From positions 1 to 63,391 of the forward strand of contig CABXRL010000001.1 in NCBI GenBank assembly GCA_902514605.1: DNA of 63,391 nucleotides, given 5' to 3'. Of the stretch, positions 54,365-63,391 are shown piece by piece. Positions within the stretch are counted from its first letter, which is position 1. Every line of letters begins with the position of its first letter. Made by a program: the position numbers and the translations under genes. Below the pieces are notes generated by a model. The model searched no databases and was not told where the DNA came from. It saw only the letters and a list, made by a program, of their open reading frames with translations. This DNA comes from an uncultured Pelagibacteraceae bacterium. Lineage in GTDB: Bacteria > Pseudomonadota > Alphaproteobacteria > Pelagibacterales > Pelagibacteraceae.

Positions 54365-56182
54365 GTGGAAAGAATAATTACAAAATCATTTGCCAGGTTA
54401 ATGGGTCGTGGAACTCATAGAGGTTTCATCACTTATGAGGAATTAAATAAATCTCTCGGAAAAAGAAATCTATCTAATGAAAATTTAGCTCAAGCATTTA
54501 TCCATATACTGGATGAGAAGGTAACATTAGTAGAAAAAAAATCTGATTTTAAGGCTTTAAGAAAAAAAGAGAGCTCATCAAAAGAGGAAGGTAAAACTAT
54601 AGATAAAAGTGATGACCCTATCAGAATGTACTTAAGGGAGATGGGCGGTGTTGAATTATTATCTCGAGAGGGTGAAATTGCAATTGCAAAAAGAATTGAA
54701 GCTGGAAAAGATATAATGTTAATAGCCTTATCCCAAAGTCCAATAACAGCTCAACAATTTTTTGAGTGGAATGACAAATTACAAAAAGATGAAATTTTAG
54801 TCAGAGAAATTATCGATATAGATACTAATTATATGGAGGACGAGTCTACTGGCCAGAGTGCAAAACAAAAAAATTCAGGTGATGAAGATAATGCAGCAGA
54901 AGACGGAGATGATGATTTTAATCCTACTCTCGCCGCAATGGAAACAGAAATTAAACCTAAAGTCTTAAAAACAATTAATACTCTTACGAAAGAATATACT
55001 AAATTAATAAAATATCAAAAAGAGAAGTTAGAATGTTTATTAAATTCTAAGAACTTTTCGTCTTCAAAAGAAAAGACTTATGAAAAAATTATCAACGATA
55101 TACTTGTGAATATCAAAACTCTTCAACTTTCTCCATCTGTCTTGGAAGATCTTGTGCAGAGACATTACTCTGAAAATAAAAAGATTATTTCTTTAGAGGG
55201 TAATTTGTTGAGATTGGCGATGGACCAAAAAATTTCAAGAAATGAATTTATTAAATTTTATATAGGTAATGAAATAAACCCAAATTTAAAAAAGTTTTTG
55301 GACACAAATCAAGAGTGGAAGAAATTCTTTGTAAAAAATAAAGATGAATTTAAAAATATTAGAGAAAGATTAATAGAAATAAGCCACAAACTTGGTATTT
55401 CTGTGACGGATTACAAAAAACTGGTAAGCAGGGTACAAAAAGGAGAAAAAGAGTCAAGGATAGCAAAAAAAGAGATGGTGGAAGCAAATTTAAGATTAGT
55501 AATTTCAATAGCTAAAAAATATACAAATAGAGGTTTGCAATTTTTAGATTTAATACAAGAAGGTAACATAGGTTTAATGAAAGCAGTTGACAAATTTGAG
55601 TATCGTAGAGGATATAAATTTTCAACGTATGCAACTTGGTGGATCCGACAAGCCATTACTAGATCAATAGCCGATCAAGCAAGAACAATTAGAATTCCTG
55701 TTCACATGATTGAAACAATCAATAAGATTGTAAGGACACAAAGATTAATTCTCAGTGAATTTGGAAGAGAAGCTACTCCTGAGGAGTTAGCTAAAAAACT
55801 TAGGATGCCATTAGACAAAGTTAGAAAAGTTTTGAAAATATCAAAGGAACCAGTTTCATTAGAAAAGCCAGTTGGAGACGAAGAAGATAGCAGTTTAGGT
55901 GATTTTATTGAGGATACTAAAGCTCTTGCTCCCTTAGAGCAAGCAATTAAGTCAAATCTTGGGGAAGCAACAACTAAAATTTTATCAACACTCACGCCAA
56001 GAGAGGAAAGAGTTTTGAGAATGAGGTTTGGTGTTGGAATGAATACTGATCATACCTTAGAGGAAGTGGGACTTCAATTTTCAGTAACTAGAGAACGTAT
56101 AAGACAAATTGAAGCTAAAGCTCTAAGGAAATTAAAACATCCAAGTAGATCAAAACAATTGAAAAGTTTTTTAGAGAGCTGA
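54365..56182 (+). CDS. rpoD: RNA polymerase sigma factor RpoD
   Basis: [50 protein letters not shown]; GTG start. Confidence 0.97.
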   Translation: MERIITKSFARLMGRGTHRGFITYEELNKSLGKRNLSNENLAQAFIHILDEKVTLVEKKSDFKALRKKESSSKEEGKTIDKSDDPIRMYLREMGGVELLSREGEIAIAKRIEAGKDIMLIALSQSPITAQQFFEWNDKLQKDEILVREIIDIDTNYMEDESTGQSAKQKNSGDEDNAAEDGDDDFNPTLAAMETEIKPKVLKTINTLTKEYTKLIKYQKEKLECLLNSKNFSSSKEKTYEKIINDILVNIKTLQLSPSVLEDLVQRHYSENKKIISLEGNLLRLAMDQKISRNEFIKFYIGNEINPNLKKFLDTNQEWKKFFVKNKDEFKNIRERLIEISHKLGISVTDYKKLVSRVQKGEKESRIAKKEMVEANLRLVISIAKKYTNRGLQFLDLIQEGNIGLMKAVDKFEYRRGYKFSTYATWWIRQAITRSIADQARTIRIPVHMIETINKIVRTQRLILSEFGREATPEELAKKLRMPLDKVRKVLKISKEPVSLEKPVGDEEDSSLGDFIEDTKALAPLEQAIKSNLGEATTKILSTLTPREERVLRMRFGVGMNTDHTLEEVGLQFSVTRERIRQIEAKALRKLKHPSRSKQLKSFLES

Positions 56183-56193
56183 TACTCTTTTAG

Positions 56194-57435
56194 ATGAATT
56201 TAATAATTAGAGAAAAATTTTTCTTCTTATTATTATTATTATTACCAATTTCTATAATCATAGGATCTTCAATCTCTCTGATTAATATCATTTTACTGAA
56301 CTTTTTTTTTCTAATGGTTTTAATATCTCAAAAAAAATTTGATTTCATAAATCATATTTCTATTAAATTGATATTAATTTTATATTTATATTTAATTTTT
56401 AATTCGCTCATTTCTCAAGATTATAGAATCGGTTTATTGAGAAACATAGGCTTCATAAGGATAATAATATTTTTTATTTTTATAAATTATTTTTTTTTTT
56501 ATTATAAAAATGACAAAAAGCTTTTAGATTTTTGGAGTCTAATTTTATGTGTTCTTATTGTTGATGTTTTTGTTGAGTACTTTTTTGATGCAAATTTAAT
56601 TGGTTTGGGCGGAAAAAATCAACCTTACGGCAACAGAATAAAAAGTTTTTTCATTGACGAGCCAATTGTTGGAGCATATTTAGCTGGTTTTATCTTTTTA
56701 ATATTTGGATACCTTTTGAAAAGATATAACAAAAAAACAATTGCATGCACATTTCTCTTAATAGCGTTTATTTCTGTCATTTTAACTGGAGAAAGGTCAA
56801 ATACATTAAAAGTATTTTCAGGAATAATATTTTATTTTTTGCTATTAGATTTTTTAAAAATCAAAACAAAATTAATTATCATCCTGTTATTTTTCATAAT
56901 TTTTGGAGCAATATTAAGCCAATCAGAATATCTAAAAACACGATATGTTGGTCAATTTTATAATGTATTAACTAATAAAAAAAATTTTGAAAAGTTGGAA
57001 AATAATCAATACATCATATTATATAAATCTGGATATTCAGTTTTCAAAAATTATCCTTTCTTTGGTGTCGGAAATAAAAATTATAGGGTTGAGACATGCA
57101 GAAAACAAAATATAGACCAAGCAAAATTTGAATATGTATGTTCAACTCATCCACACCAAATTTATATTGAGTTACTCTCAGAACATGGATTGGTTGGTTT
57201 TATTATAATTTTAGGTGTTCTTTTCTTCTTAATGTTCAAAATATTAAAATCAATTTTGATATCTAGGAACTATATTCAAATTGGAGCTTTCACTTATGTT
57301 TTAATTAATTTTATACCGTTTTTACCAAGTGGTTCTTTTTTTAGCGATTTTAATATCACTTTGTTCTGGATTAATTTTTCTATAATGTTTGCTTGTGATA
57401 AAAAAACAAATATCTTTGCAAAAAATTATGTTTAG
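56194..57435 (+). CDS. O-antigen ligase (Wzy_C/WaaL-like) membrane protein
   Basis: About 12 TMs; LTGERS, PFFGVG..NY, THPHQIYIELLSEHG. Confidence 0.8.
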   Translation: MNLIIREKFFFLLLLLLPISIIIGSSISLINIILLNFFFLMVLISQKKFDFINHISIKLILILYLYLIFNSLISQDYRIGLLRNIGFIRIIIFFIFINYFFFYYKNDKKLLDFWSLILCVLIVDVFVEYFFDANLIGLGGKNQPYGNRIKSFFIDEPIVGAYLAGFIFLIFGYLLKRYNKKTIACTFLLIAFISVILTGERSNTLKVFSGIIFYFLLLDFLKIKTKLIIILLFFIIFGAILSQSEYLKTRYVGQFYNVLTNKKNFEKLENNQYIILYKSGYSVFKNYPFFGVGNKNYRVETCRKQNIDQAKFEYVCSTHPHQIYIELLSEHGLVGFIIILGVLFFLMFKILKSILISRNYIQIGAFTYVLINFIPFLPSGSFFSDFNITLFWINFSIMFACDKKTNIFAKNYV

Positions 57436-57459
57436 GTATATGTCTTATTTCCTTATTTA

Positions 57460-57534
57460 GGGCCGTTAGCTCAATAGTAGAGTACTGCATTGACATTGCA
57501 GGGGTAGTTGGAGCGTAACCAACACGGCCCACCA
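57460..57534 (+). tRNA. tRNA-Val(GAC) with non-canonical D/T loops
   Basis: GGGCCGT/ACGGCCC acceptor, CTGCA-TTGACAT-TGCAG anticodon arm, GTTGG/CCAAC T stem, ACCA end. Confidence 0.85.
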
Positions 57535-57582
57535 AAACTAAACTTGAAAGGATATAAAATTTGATATAAATATTTTTTCTTT

Positions 57583-57659
57583 GGGCCTGTAGCTCAGTTG
57601 GTTAGAGCAGTACACTCATAATGTATTGGTCCCAGGTTCGAGTCCTGGCGGGCCCACCA
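57583..57659 (+). tRNA. tRNA-Ile2 (CAT anticodon, lysidine type; elongator Met less likely)
   Basis: GGGCCTG/CGGGCCC acceptor, loop CTCATAA, GGTTCGAGTCC, ACCA; 5' sequence is Ile-like. Confidence 0.85.
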
Positions 57660-57673
57660 CAAATCCAACGTTT

Positions 57674-58264
57674 CTACTTGTTAGAAAAATTTCTTAAACT
57701 TGTAAAAAGTACTTCCATATCTCCATCAGCACTCTGAATAATGGAGTTAAATTCCTCTTTTTGAGTTCTTGCGAGGCTTAATCCTTCTATAATTAAATCT
57801 CTAATTAAAGGTTTATCCGGATTTTTTGTATAAATTCTCCAATCAATTTTTATAGCTGGTCTTTTGTCTGTCCCGGCAAGTGTGCTTGATACAATCGTAT
57901 AATTCTCATTAATTTTTTCTTTAGTATTAACCTCTATTACAGGATTAGAATACTCAGCAAGTCTGCTTGAAAAACTGTTAAGAAAATAATTTTTAAAAAC
58001 TTTTGAGTATTCTACTTTTTTATCATCTGATAGATTTTTTCTATGTTTGCCTAAAGAGTAAAATCCAATACCTTTTATGTCCACAGTATCAAGAGCTATC
58101 TTTTTAAGTTCCTCTATTCTTTCTTCTTTCGTTTTATTTCCACTTAATGTGTCAGACGCTCTGTTTACCGTAGATTGAACAAAAATATCAGCCTCTATAG
58201 ATCGAACTGTGTTAAATGAGATAAAAAAAATGATTAAGTTTAATATAAATAACTTTTTAAACAT
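57674..58264 (-). CDS. mlaC: phospholipid-binding periplasmic protein MlaC/Ttg2D
   Basis: Signal peptide, IDWR..DLIIEGLSLARTQKEEF. Confidence 0.85.
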   Translation of the reverse strand: MFKKLFILNLIIFFISFNTVRSIEADIFVQSTVNRASDTLSGNKTKEERIEELKKIALDTVDIKGIGFYSLGKHRKNLSDDKKVEYSKVFKNYFLNSFSSRLAEYSNPVIEVNTKEKINENYTIVSSTLAGTDKRPAIKIDWRIYTKNPDKPLIRDLIIEGLSLARTQKEEFNSIIQSADGDMEVLFTSLRNFSNK

Positions 58265-58276
58265 TTCTCATGAAAT

Positions 58277-59065
58277 CTAATTTTCTTCAATTTCTTCCCA
58301 ATCAGAGTCAATCATTGTATCAACAACTCCTTTTGTATTTAAAATTTTTAGTTTTCTATCTTGTAAATATAAGCTTTTTACTGAAGCGTAAAAATCAATA
58401 GCATTTTCCTCTAGGTTGTCAAAAGCCTCAATATTTTTTGCTCTAAAGTTAACACCATCCGAGCCCCGACTTATGTAATAGTCTTTTTCATTAAAATACC
58501 TAGTATCATTTTTTACACTAACGTTGTACCATGGGTCCCCTCCAAAAACATTGATTACAGAACCTGCAGTGTCTCTTATTGTTGAAGGACCTAAAACTGG
58601 TAAGACTAAATAGCATCCTGGACCAACTCCTGAGTTACCTAAAGATTGCCCATAGTCTTCCTTTACATATTCTGAAAACCCCATTTGTGTTGCAATATCA
58701 AAAATTCCGAGAATTCCTAATGTGGTATTGATTGCAAATCTTCCAGTGTTAATACCCGCTTCTTTAAAATCACCCTGTAAAATATTATTGGGTATTGTTA
58801 CTAAATTTGACAAATTGTTTAAGCTGTTTCCAACCCCAGTCCTGACAGGCGAAGGTAAAACTCGATATGCTTTAGCAACTGGTTCAAATAAAATTCCATC
58901 TAGAGTTTGATTAAATGCAAACGTTGCTCTGTTAAGACCCTCGAAACAATCTTTAACATTTGATGGATCATTTTTTTTTAATAAAAGGTCTCCGTCTGAA
59001 CCCGCATGAGTATTTACAGTTAACGCAAGGGTTGTAATTAAAATTATGCCAATTTTTTTTATCAT
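58277..59065 (-). CDS. mlaA: VacJ/MlaA lipoprotein
   Basis: FEGLNRATFAFN, RFAINTTLG, EDYGQSLG, YLVLPVLGPSTIRD. Confidence 0.92.
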   Translation of the reverse strand: MIKKIGIILITTLALTVNTHAGSDGDLLLKKNDPSNVKDCFEGLNRATFAFNQTLDGILFEPVAKAYRVLPSPVRTGVGNSLNNLSNLVTIPNNILQGDFKEAGINTGRFAINTTLGILGIFDIATQMGFSEYVKEDYGQSLGNSGVGPGCYLVLPVLGPSTIRDTAGSVINVFGGDPWYNVSVKNDTRYFNEKDYYISRGSDGVNFRAKNIEAFDNLEENAIDFYASVKSLYLQDRKLKILNTKGVVDTMIDSDWEEIEEN

Positions 59066-59117
59066 TGTTGTTGTTATAATGTATAAATTATCAAAGTAAA
59101 TTAACTATTTATCATAA

Positions 59118-59861
59118 ATGAGTTCAAAAATAGCCCTTAATTTGACTACCGAGTATTCAATTAATTTTAATTTTCCAAAAAGATCAAAGAAAAAAATTAT
59201 TTTTATAATAATACATTATACAGGTATGAAAAATGAATTAGAGGCTATCAGAAAATTGTGTGATTATAGATCAAAAGTAAGCTCACACTACTTAATTAAA
59301 AACAGTGGTGAAATTTTAAATTTAGTGCCTGATTTATATGAGGCTTGGCATGCAGGTGAGTCTAGTTGGAAAAAATTTAAGTTACTTAATAAATTTTCCA
59401 TTGGCATCGAAATCAGTAATCCAGGACATGAGCATGGTTATAAAAAATTTAACTCAAATCAAATTTCTTCATTGATAAAGTTGCTTAAATATTTACAAAA
59501 AAAGTATGACATTAAAAGTAAAAATATATTAGGTCACTCTGATATAGCGCCATACCGAAAAAAAGATCCTGGAGAAAAATTTCCATGGAGAAAATTAGCT
59601 GATAAAAATTTATGTGAATGGCACAATTTATCAATTGACCAAATCAAAAAGAAAAGAAATTTGAATGTTAGTTTTTTTGAAAAAAAATTATTTTTTAGAA
59701 ATTTACATAAAATAGGTTTTTCAAAAAATGTAAAAATTAAAAATAAGAGCTATAGCACTTATCTTGTAAAAGCTTTCCAAAGAAAGTATAGACAAAATCT
59801 AATTAATGGCAAAATAGATCAAGAATGTTTTCTGTTAAGCAAAAATCTAGTAAAAACTTAA
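59118..59861 (+). CDS. N-acetylmuramoyl-L-alanine amidase (Amidase_2, AmiD/AmpD-like)
   Basis: IIHYTG, VSSHY, AWHAG, SIGIE, GHSDIAP.RK.DPG, C-terminal AFQ PG-binding motif. Confidence 0.9.
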   Translation: MSSKIALNLTTEYSINFNFPKRSKKKIIFIIIHYTGMKNELEAIRKLCDYRSKVSSHYLIKNSGEILNLVPDLYEAWHAGESSWKKFKLLNKFSIGIEISNPGHEHGYKKFNSNQISSLIKLLKYLQKKYDIKSKNILGHSDIAPYRKKDPGEKFPWRKLADKNLCEWHNLSIDQIKKKRNLNVSFFEKKLFFRNLHKIGFSKNVKIKNKSYSTYLVKAFQRKYRQNLINGKIDQECFLLSKNLVKT

Positions 59862-59904
59862 AAATTGTACTTGAAATTTTAATATTAAATTATAAATTGA
59901 ATCT

Positions 59905-60258
59905 GTCAGATGAACGACTTATCGCTTTAATTTTATTAAAGAGGAAAGTCCGGGCTCTACAAGGATACAGTGCCAGATAATACCTGGCGGGGGAAACCCT
60001 AGGGATAGTGCCACAGAAAATAAACCGCCATAACATGGCAAGGGTGAAAAGGTGTGGTAAGAGCACACCGGTTCTATTGGTAACAATGAACGCTGGAAAA
60101 CCCCACTGGGAGCAAGACTAAATAGAGATGACATTGTTCAAAAACTAAAAGCCATCCTTGGCTAGTCATCTGGGTTAGTTGCTTGAGCTTAAGAGTGATC
60201 TTAAGCCTAGACAAATGATAAGTTTAAATGACAGAACCCGGCTTATAGTTCATCTGGC
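59905..60258 (+). ncRNA. rnpB: RNase P RNA, bacterial type A
   Basis: GAGGAAAGTCCGGGCTC, AGTGCCACAGAAAA, GGTAAGAGC, ACAGAACCCGGCTTAT; P1 GTCAGATGAAC/GTTCATCTGGC. Confidence 0.95.
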
Positions 60259-60344
60259 AAATATTATCATATATTTCCTAAATGTTCTTGTTTTGATTCA
60301 GTTTTGAAATGAAGATTAGGTAAATTTTTAGATAAATGTAAGTA

Positions 60345-60414
60345 TTGACTCTTATTTAAAAAACCCATAATATCCCAAATATTCCCATATAAAGGGAATA
60401 AAGGAATTTATGGT
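60345..60414 (+). promoter_or_regulatory. dcw (mra) promoter with MraZ-type 10-bp-phased repeats
   Basis: TTGACT(60345)-N17-TAATAT; CCCA at 60364/60374/60384, then GGGA at 60394. Confidence 0.65.
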
Positions 60415-60416
60415 TT

Positions 60417-60872
60417 ATGTTTTTATCAATTTACGTAAACAGACTGGACAAAAAAGGAAGGGTGTCAGTGCCTGCAAGTTTTAGATCTTACCTATCTAAC
60501 TTAGGTTATAATGGAGTAATTTGTTATCCATCATTTAACAATCAGTCAATAGAAGCATGGCCACAAGACAGAATAGAAAAAATTTCAAATTCAATTGATT
60601 CTCTCAATCCTTTTGAAGAAAAGCGAGATTTTTTTGCAACTTCAATACTATCTGAAAGTATTAATTTACAATTTGATAGCGAGGGAAGAATTCTGCTGAC
60701 ACCAAAATTATTAAAACACGCAAAAATTAAAAATAGCATGGTGTTTGTTGGCCAAGGCAAAACATTCCAAATTTGGGAGCCAGAAATATTTGAAAAATTT
60801 AAGGTCACTGCGAGGAAAAAATCGAATTTAAATCGAGCAAGTCTTAAATGGGAGAATAAATTAAACAATTAA
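60417..60872 (+). CDS. mraZ: division/cell wall cluster repressor MraZ
   Basis: LDKKGRVSVPASFR and FDSEGRILL repeats, FQIWEP. Confidence 0.94.
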   Translation: MFLSIYVNRLDKKGRVSVPASFRSYLSNLGYNGVICYPSFNNQSIEAWPQDRIEKISNSIDSLNPFEEKRDFFATSILSESINLQFDSEGRILLTPKLLKHAKIKNSMVFVGQGKTFQIWEPEIFEKFKVTARKKSNLNRASLKWENKLNN

Positions 60873-60882
60873 GGGGGGGGGG
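60873..60882 (+). repeat. G10 homopolymer at the ftsZ ribosome-binding position
   Basis: TAA-GGGGGGGGGG-TAAAAA-ATG. Confidence 0.85.
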
Positions 60883-60888
60883 TAAAAA

Positions 60889-62346
60889 ATGACAATTAAC
60901 TTTAAAACACCTGAAATAAAAGAATTACAACCACGACTTTTAGTAATGGGAGTAGGTGGTGCAGGAGGTAATGCAATAAACGAAATGATAGATAACGGAA
61001 TGCAAGGAGTTGAATTTATTGCAGTAAATACTGATGCTCAAGATTTAAAACATAGCAAAGCAAAATCAAAAATTCAAATTGGATTAAATCTAACAAAAGG
61101 TTTGGGCGCAGGTGCAAAAATCGATATTGGTCAAGCTGCTGCAGATGAGTCTTTAAATGAGATTATAAACATTTTACAAGGTGCAAATATGGTTTTTATT
61201 GCGGCTGGAATGGGCGGTGGCACAGGTACTGGCGCAGCACATGTAATTGCTAGGGCCGCAAAAGAGTTAAATATATTGACCGTTGGTGTTGTTACACTTC
61301 CTTTTTTGTATGAGGGTCCATCTAGAATGAGAAGAGCTCAGATTGGTCTTGAAGAATTAAGAAAGCATGTTGATACAATTATAGTAATTCCAAATCAAAA
61401 TTTGTTTAAGATTGCAAATGAACAAACAACGTTTGAAGACTCTTTCAATTTATCAAATAATGTTTTAATGCACGGAGTTCAAAGTGTAACAGATTTAATG
61501 GTAAGACCAGGAATAATTAACCTTGATTTTGCTGATGTTGAAACCGTAATGGCATCTATGGGTAAGGCTATGATGGGAACTGGAGAAGCAGAAGGAGATG
61601 GCAGAGCAATGCAAGCTACTGAGATGGCTATCAGTAATCCTTTAATTGACGACTATACTTTGAAAGGTGCTAAAGGCTTATTAGTAAACATTACCGGAGG
61701 TAAAGATCTTAAGTTATTTGAAGTAGATGAAGTAGTAAATAAAATAAGATCAGAAGTTGAGGCAGATGCTGAAGTTATTATTGGTGCAATAACTGATCCT
61801 TCACTTGAGGGTAAAATAAGAGTTTCAATTGTAGCTACATCATTAGATGGTCAACAACCCGAAACAAAATCAGTAATTAATATGGTTCATCGTATTCAAA
61901 ATAGAAATCCAGGTTATTCTGATTTTTCAAACTTAAGCTCAACTGCGTCTTTCAATTTTTCAAGCAATAATCAAACACCAGTATCTCTGGGTGCTAATGC
62001 TCTTAAACTTGAAAATGAAGTTGCTTCCGAAAACCTTAACGACTCCATTGATGATTTGAATAATCAATATAATGAGGAGCTATTGAAAAATCAGGAAGCT
62101 AAAAGTATAGTTGAAAATTTTTCGGATCAAGGAGAAGTATCCTTTACTCAAGAAGCTTTAGAAACATCTAAAATTGATCATACTTCGCCAAATGACTTAA
62201 AAGAATTTGGAGTTGAAGCTGAGGGACCTGATCTTTTTAGTTCAGAAAATACAGATACATCCAAAGAAGATTTATTAGGATCTCTTGAAGATGATCAAGA
62301 TGATGATCTTGAAATACCAGCATTTTTACGAAGACAAAAAAATTAA
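60889..62346 (+). CDS. ftsZ: cell division protein FtsZ
   Basis: GVGGAGGNA, NTDAQ, GGGTGTG, NLDFAD, long acidic linker, C-terminal LEIPAFLRRQ. Confidence 0.98.
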   Translation: MTINFKTPEIKELQPRLLVMGVGGAGGNAINEMIDNGMQGVEFIAVNTDAQDLKHSKAKSKIQIGLNLTKGLGAGAKIDIGQAAADESLNEIINILQGANMVFIAAGMGGGTGTGAAHVIARAAKELNILTVGVVTLPFLYEGPSRMRRAQIGLEELRKHVDTIIVIPNQNLFKIANEQTTFEDSFNLSNNVLMHGVQSVTDLMVRPGIINLDFADVETVMASMGKAMMGTGEAEGDGRAMQATEMAISNPLIDDYTLKGAKGLLVNITGGKDLKLFEVDEVVNKIRSEVEADAEVIIGAITDPSLEGKIRVSIVATSLDGQQPETKSVINMVHRIQNRNPGYSDFSNLSSTASFNFSSNNQTPVSLGANALKLENEVASENLNDSIDDLNNQYNEELLKNQEAKSIVENFSDQGEVSFTQEALETSKIDHTSPNDLKEFGVEAEGPDLFSSENTDTSKEDLLGSLEDDQDDDLEIPAFLRRQKN

Positions 62347-62364
62347 TGGTCTTCAAAAAAATAA

Positions 62365-63375
62365 ATGAATGCCACTATGGTAATGGATACTGCAAAACAT
62401 TATCCGGTACTGCTTAATGAATTAATTAGCATTATTTCCCCTCAACATGGTGGCACATTTATCGATTGTACGTTTGGTCAAGGTGGATACACCAAAAAAA
62501 TTTTAAGTTTTCAAAATACTCAAGTAATTGCTCTTGATAGAGATATAGAGTCTAAAAAAATTGCTGATAAAATTTTTAAAAATTACCAAGGTAGATTTTC
62601 ATTTAAAAATAAAAAATTCAGTCAACTGAACGATCTGAAAATTAAAGAAGAAAATATTAAAGGTATAATTTTTGATTTAGGTTACTCGTACAGTCAAATT
62701 AAAGATCCAAAAAAAGGTCTTTCATTTAATTCAACTGGGGACTTGAATATGCAAATGGGTTTAAATAGTTTTTCAGCTAAAGATGTAATAAATAAATTAG
62801 ATGCCAAAGAATTAGAGAGGATTTTTAAATTTTTTGGTGAAGAAAAAGAGGCAAAAAAAATTGCTCTTAAAATTATTAAAGAGAGAAAAATTAGAAAAAT
62901 TGATACTGAGAAATTAGTTGAATTAGTGGAAAGAACGAAGAAAAAAAAGAATTTTAAAACTCATAGCTCTACAAAAGTTTTTCAAGCATTAAGAATATTT
63001 GTTAATAAAGAAATAACCGAATTAATTTATGGATTAATAGCTGCTACAAAAGTATTAAAAAAAAATGGAGTATTAGCAGTAGTAACTTTCCATTCTTTAG
63101 AAGACAAAATTGTCAAATATTATTTTAAAAGTTTATCTGAAAATAAAAGTGTTTCTCGATATTTTCCTAAAATAGATGAACCAGAAACATTATTTAAATT
63201 AATTGAAAAAAAGCCAAAAATGGCAACAAAAAAAGAGTTAGAGGAAAATTTATCCTCACGTACAGCGAAGCTAAGATACGCAATCAAAAAGAGTGATTTT
63301 TATAATTTTAAAACAGATATTTTTGAAAAATTTGAACATTTAATTGAAATAGAAAATTTGGACCACAAATTATGA
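62365..63375 (+). CDS. rsmH: 16S rRNA m4C1402 methyltransferase
   Basis: [47 protein letters not shown]. Confidence 0.95.
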   Translation: MNATMVMDTAKHYPVLLNELISIISPQHGGTFIDCTFGQGGYTKKILSFQNTQVIALDRDIESKKIADKIFKNYQGRFSFKNKKFSQLNDLKIKEENIKGIIFDLGYSYSQIKDPKKGLSFNSTGDLNMQMGLNSFSAKDVINKLDAKELERIFKFFGEEKEAKKIALKIIKERKIRKIDTEKLVELVERTKKKKNFKTHSSTKVFQALRIFVNKEITELIYGLIAATKVLKKNGVLAVVTFHSLEDKIVKYYFKSLSENKSVSRYFPKIDEPETLFKLIEKKPKMATKKELEENLSSRTAKLRYAIKKSDFYNFKTDIFEKFEHLIEIENLDHKL

Positions 63376-63391
63376 TCAAGTTTTTTGCAAT
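63372..63391 (+). CDS. start of the next gene, probably FtsL-like (truncated by window edge)
   Basis: ATGA overlap with the rsmH stop, MIKFFA...; identity rests on dcw gene order only. Confidence 0.35.

Noticed and set aside
57440-57680. tRNA pair as a possible prophage or island integration site
   Set aside because: No integrase and no duplicated tRNA 3' end seen; flanks are ordinary genes
59919-60134. 71-aa minus-strand ORF
   Set aside because: Lies antisense within the RNase P RNA gene; spurious
61860-62310. Long acidic insertion in FtsZ
   Set aside because: Extended C-terminal linker is typical of alphaproteobacterial FtsZ

Overview
A very AT-rich, extremely gene-dense segment of an alphaproteobacterial chromosome. 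Gene content, near-zero intergenic spacing and a stand-alone crtI-crtB-crtY-blh retinal cluster point to Pelagibacterales (SAR11); this placement is an inference, not a database result. The window is almost all core genome: thrC/thrB, ispH/ispE, the F0 ATP synthase operon, smc, mutY, ccrM, rnhA/rnhB, cca, petABC, prs/rplY/pth/ychF, MarR-OmpR-EnvZ, uvrB/uvrC, trxB, carAB, dnaG-rpoD, mlaAC, RNase P RNA, three tRNAs and the start of the dcw cluster. I saw no mobile element, prophage or CRISPR array. The most notable observations are: (1) a 798-aa SMC with no recognisable hinge domain; (2) a tRNA-Val(GAC) with intact stems but a rewired D/T-loop elbow; (3) a selenoprotein-J/J1-crystallin-like Cys protein coupled to trxB; (4) ftsZ placed between mraZ and rsmH behind a G10 tract; (5) degenerate motifs in two base-excision enzymes (family-4 UDG and MutY); (6) tRNA-Gln abutting the cca start codon; (7) divergent genes with back-to-back start codons; (8) a one-base frameshift in carB that is probably a sequencing error.
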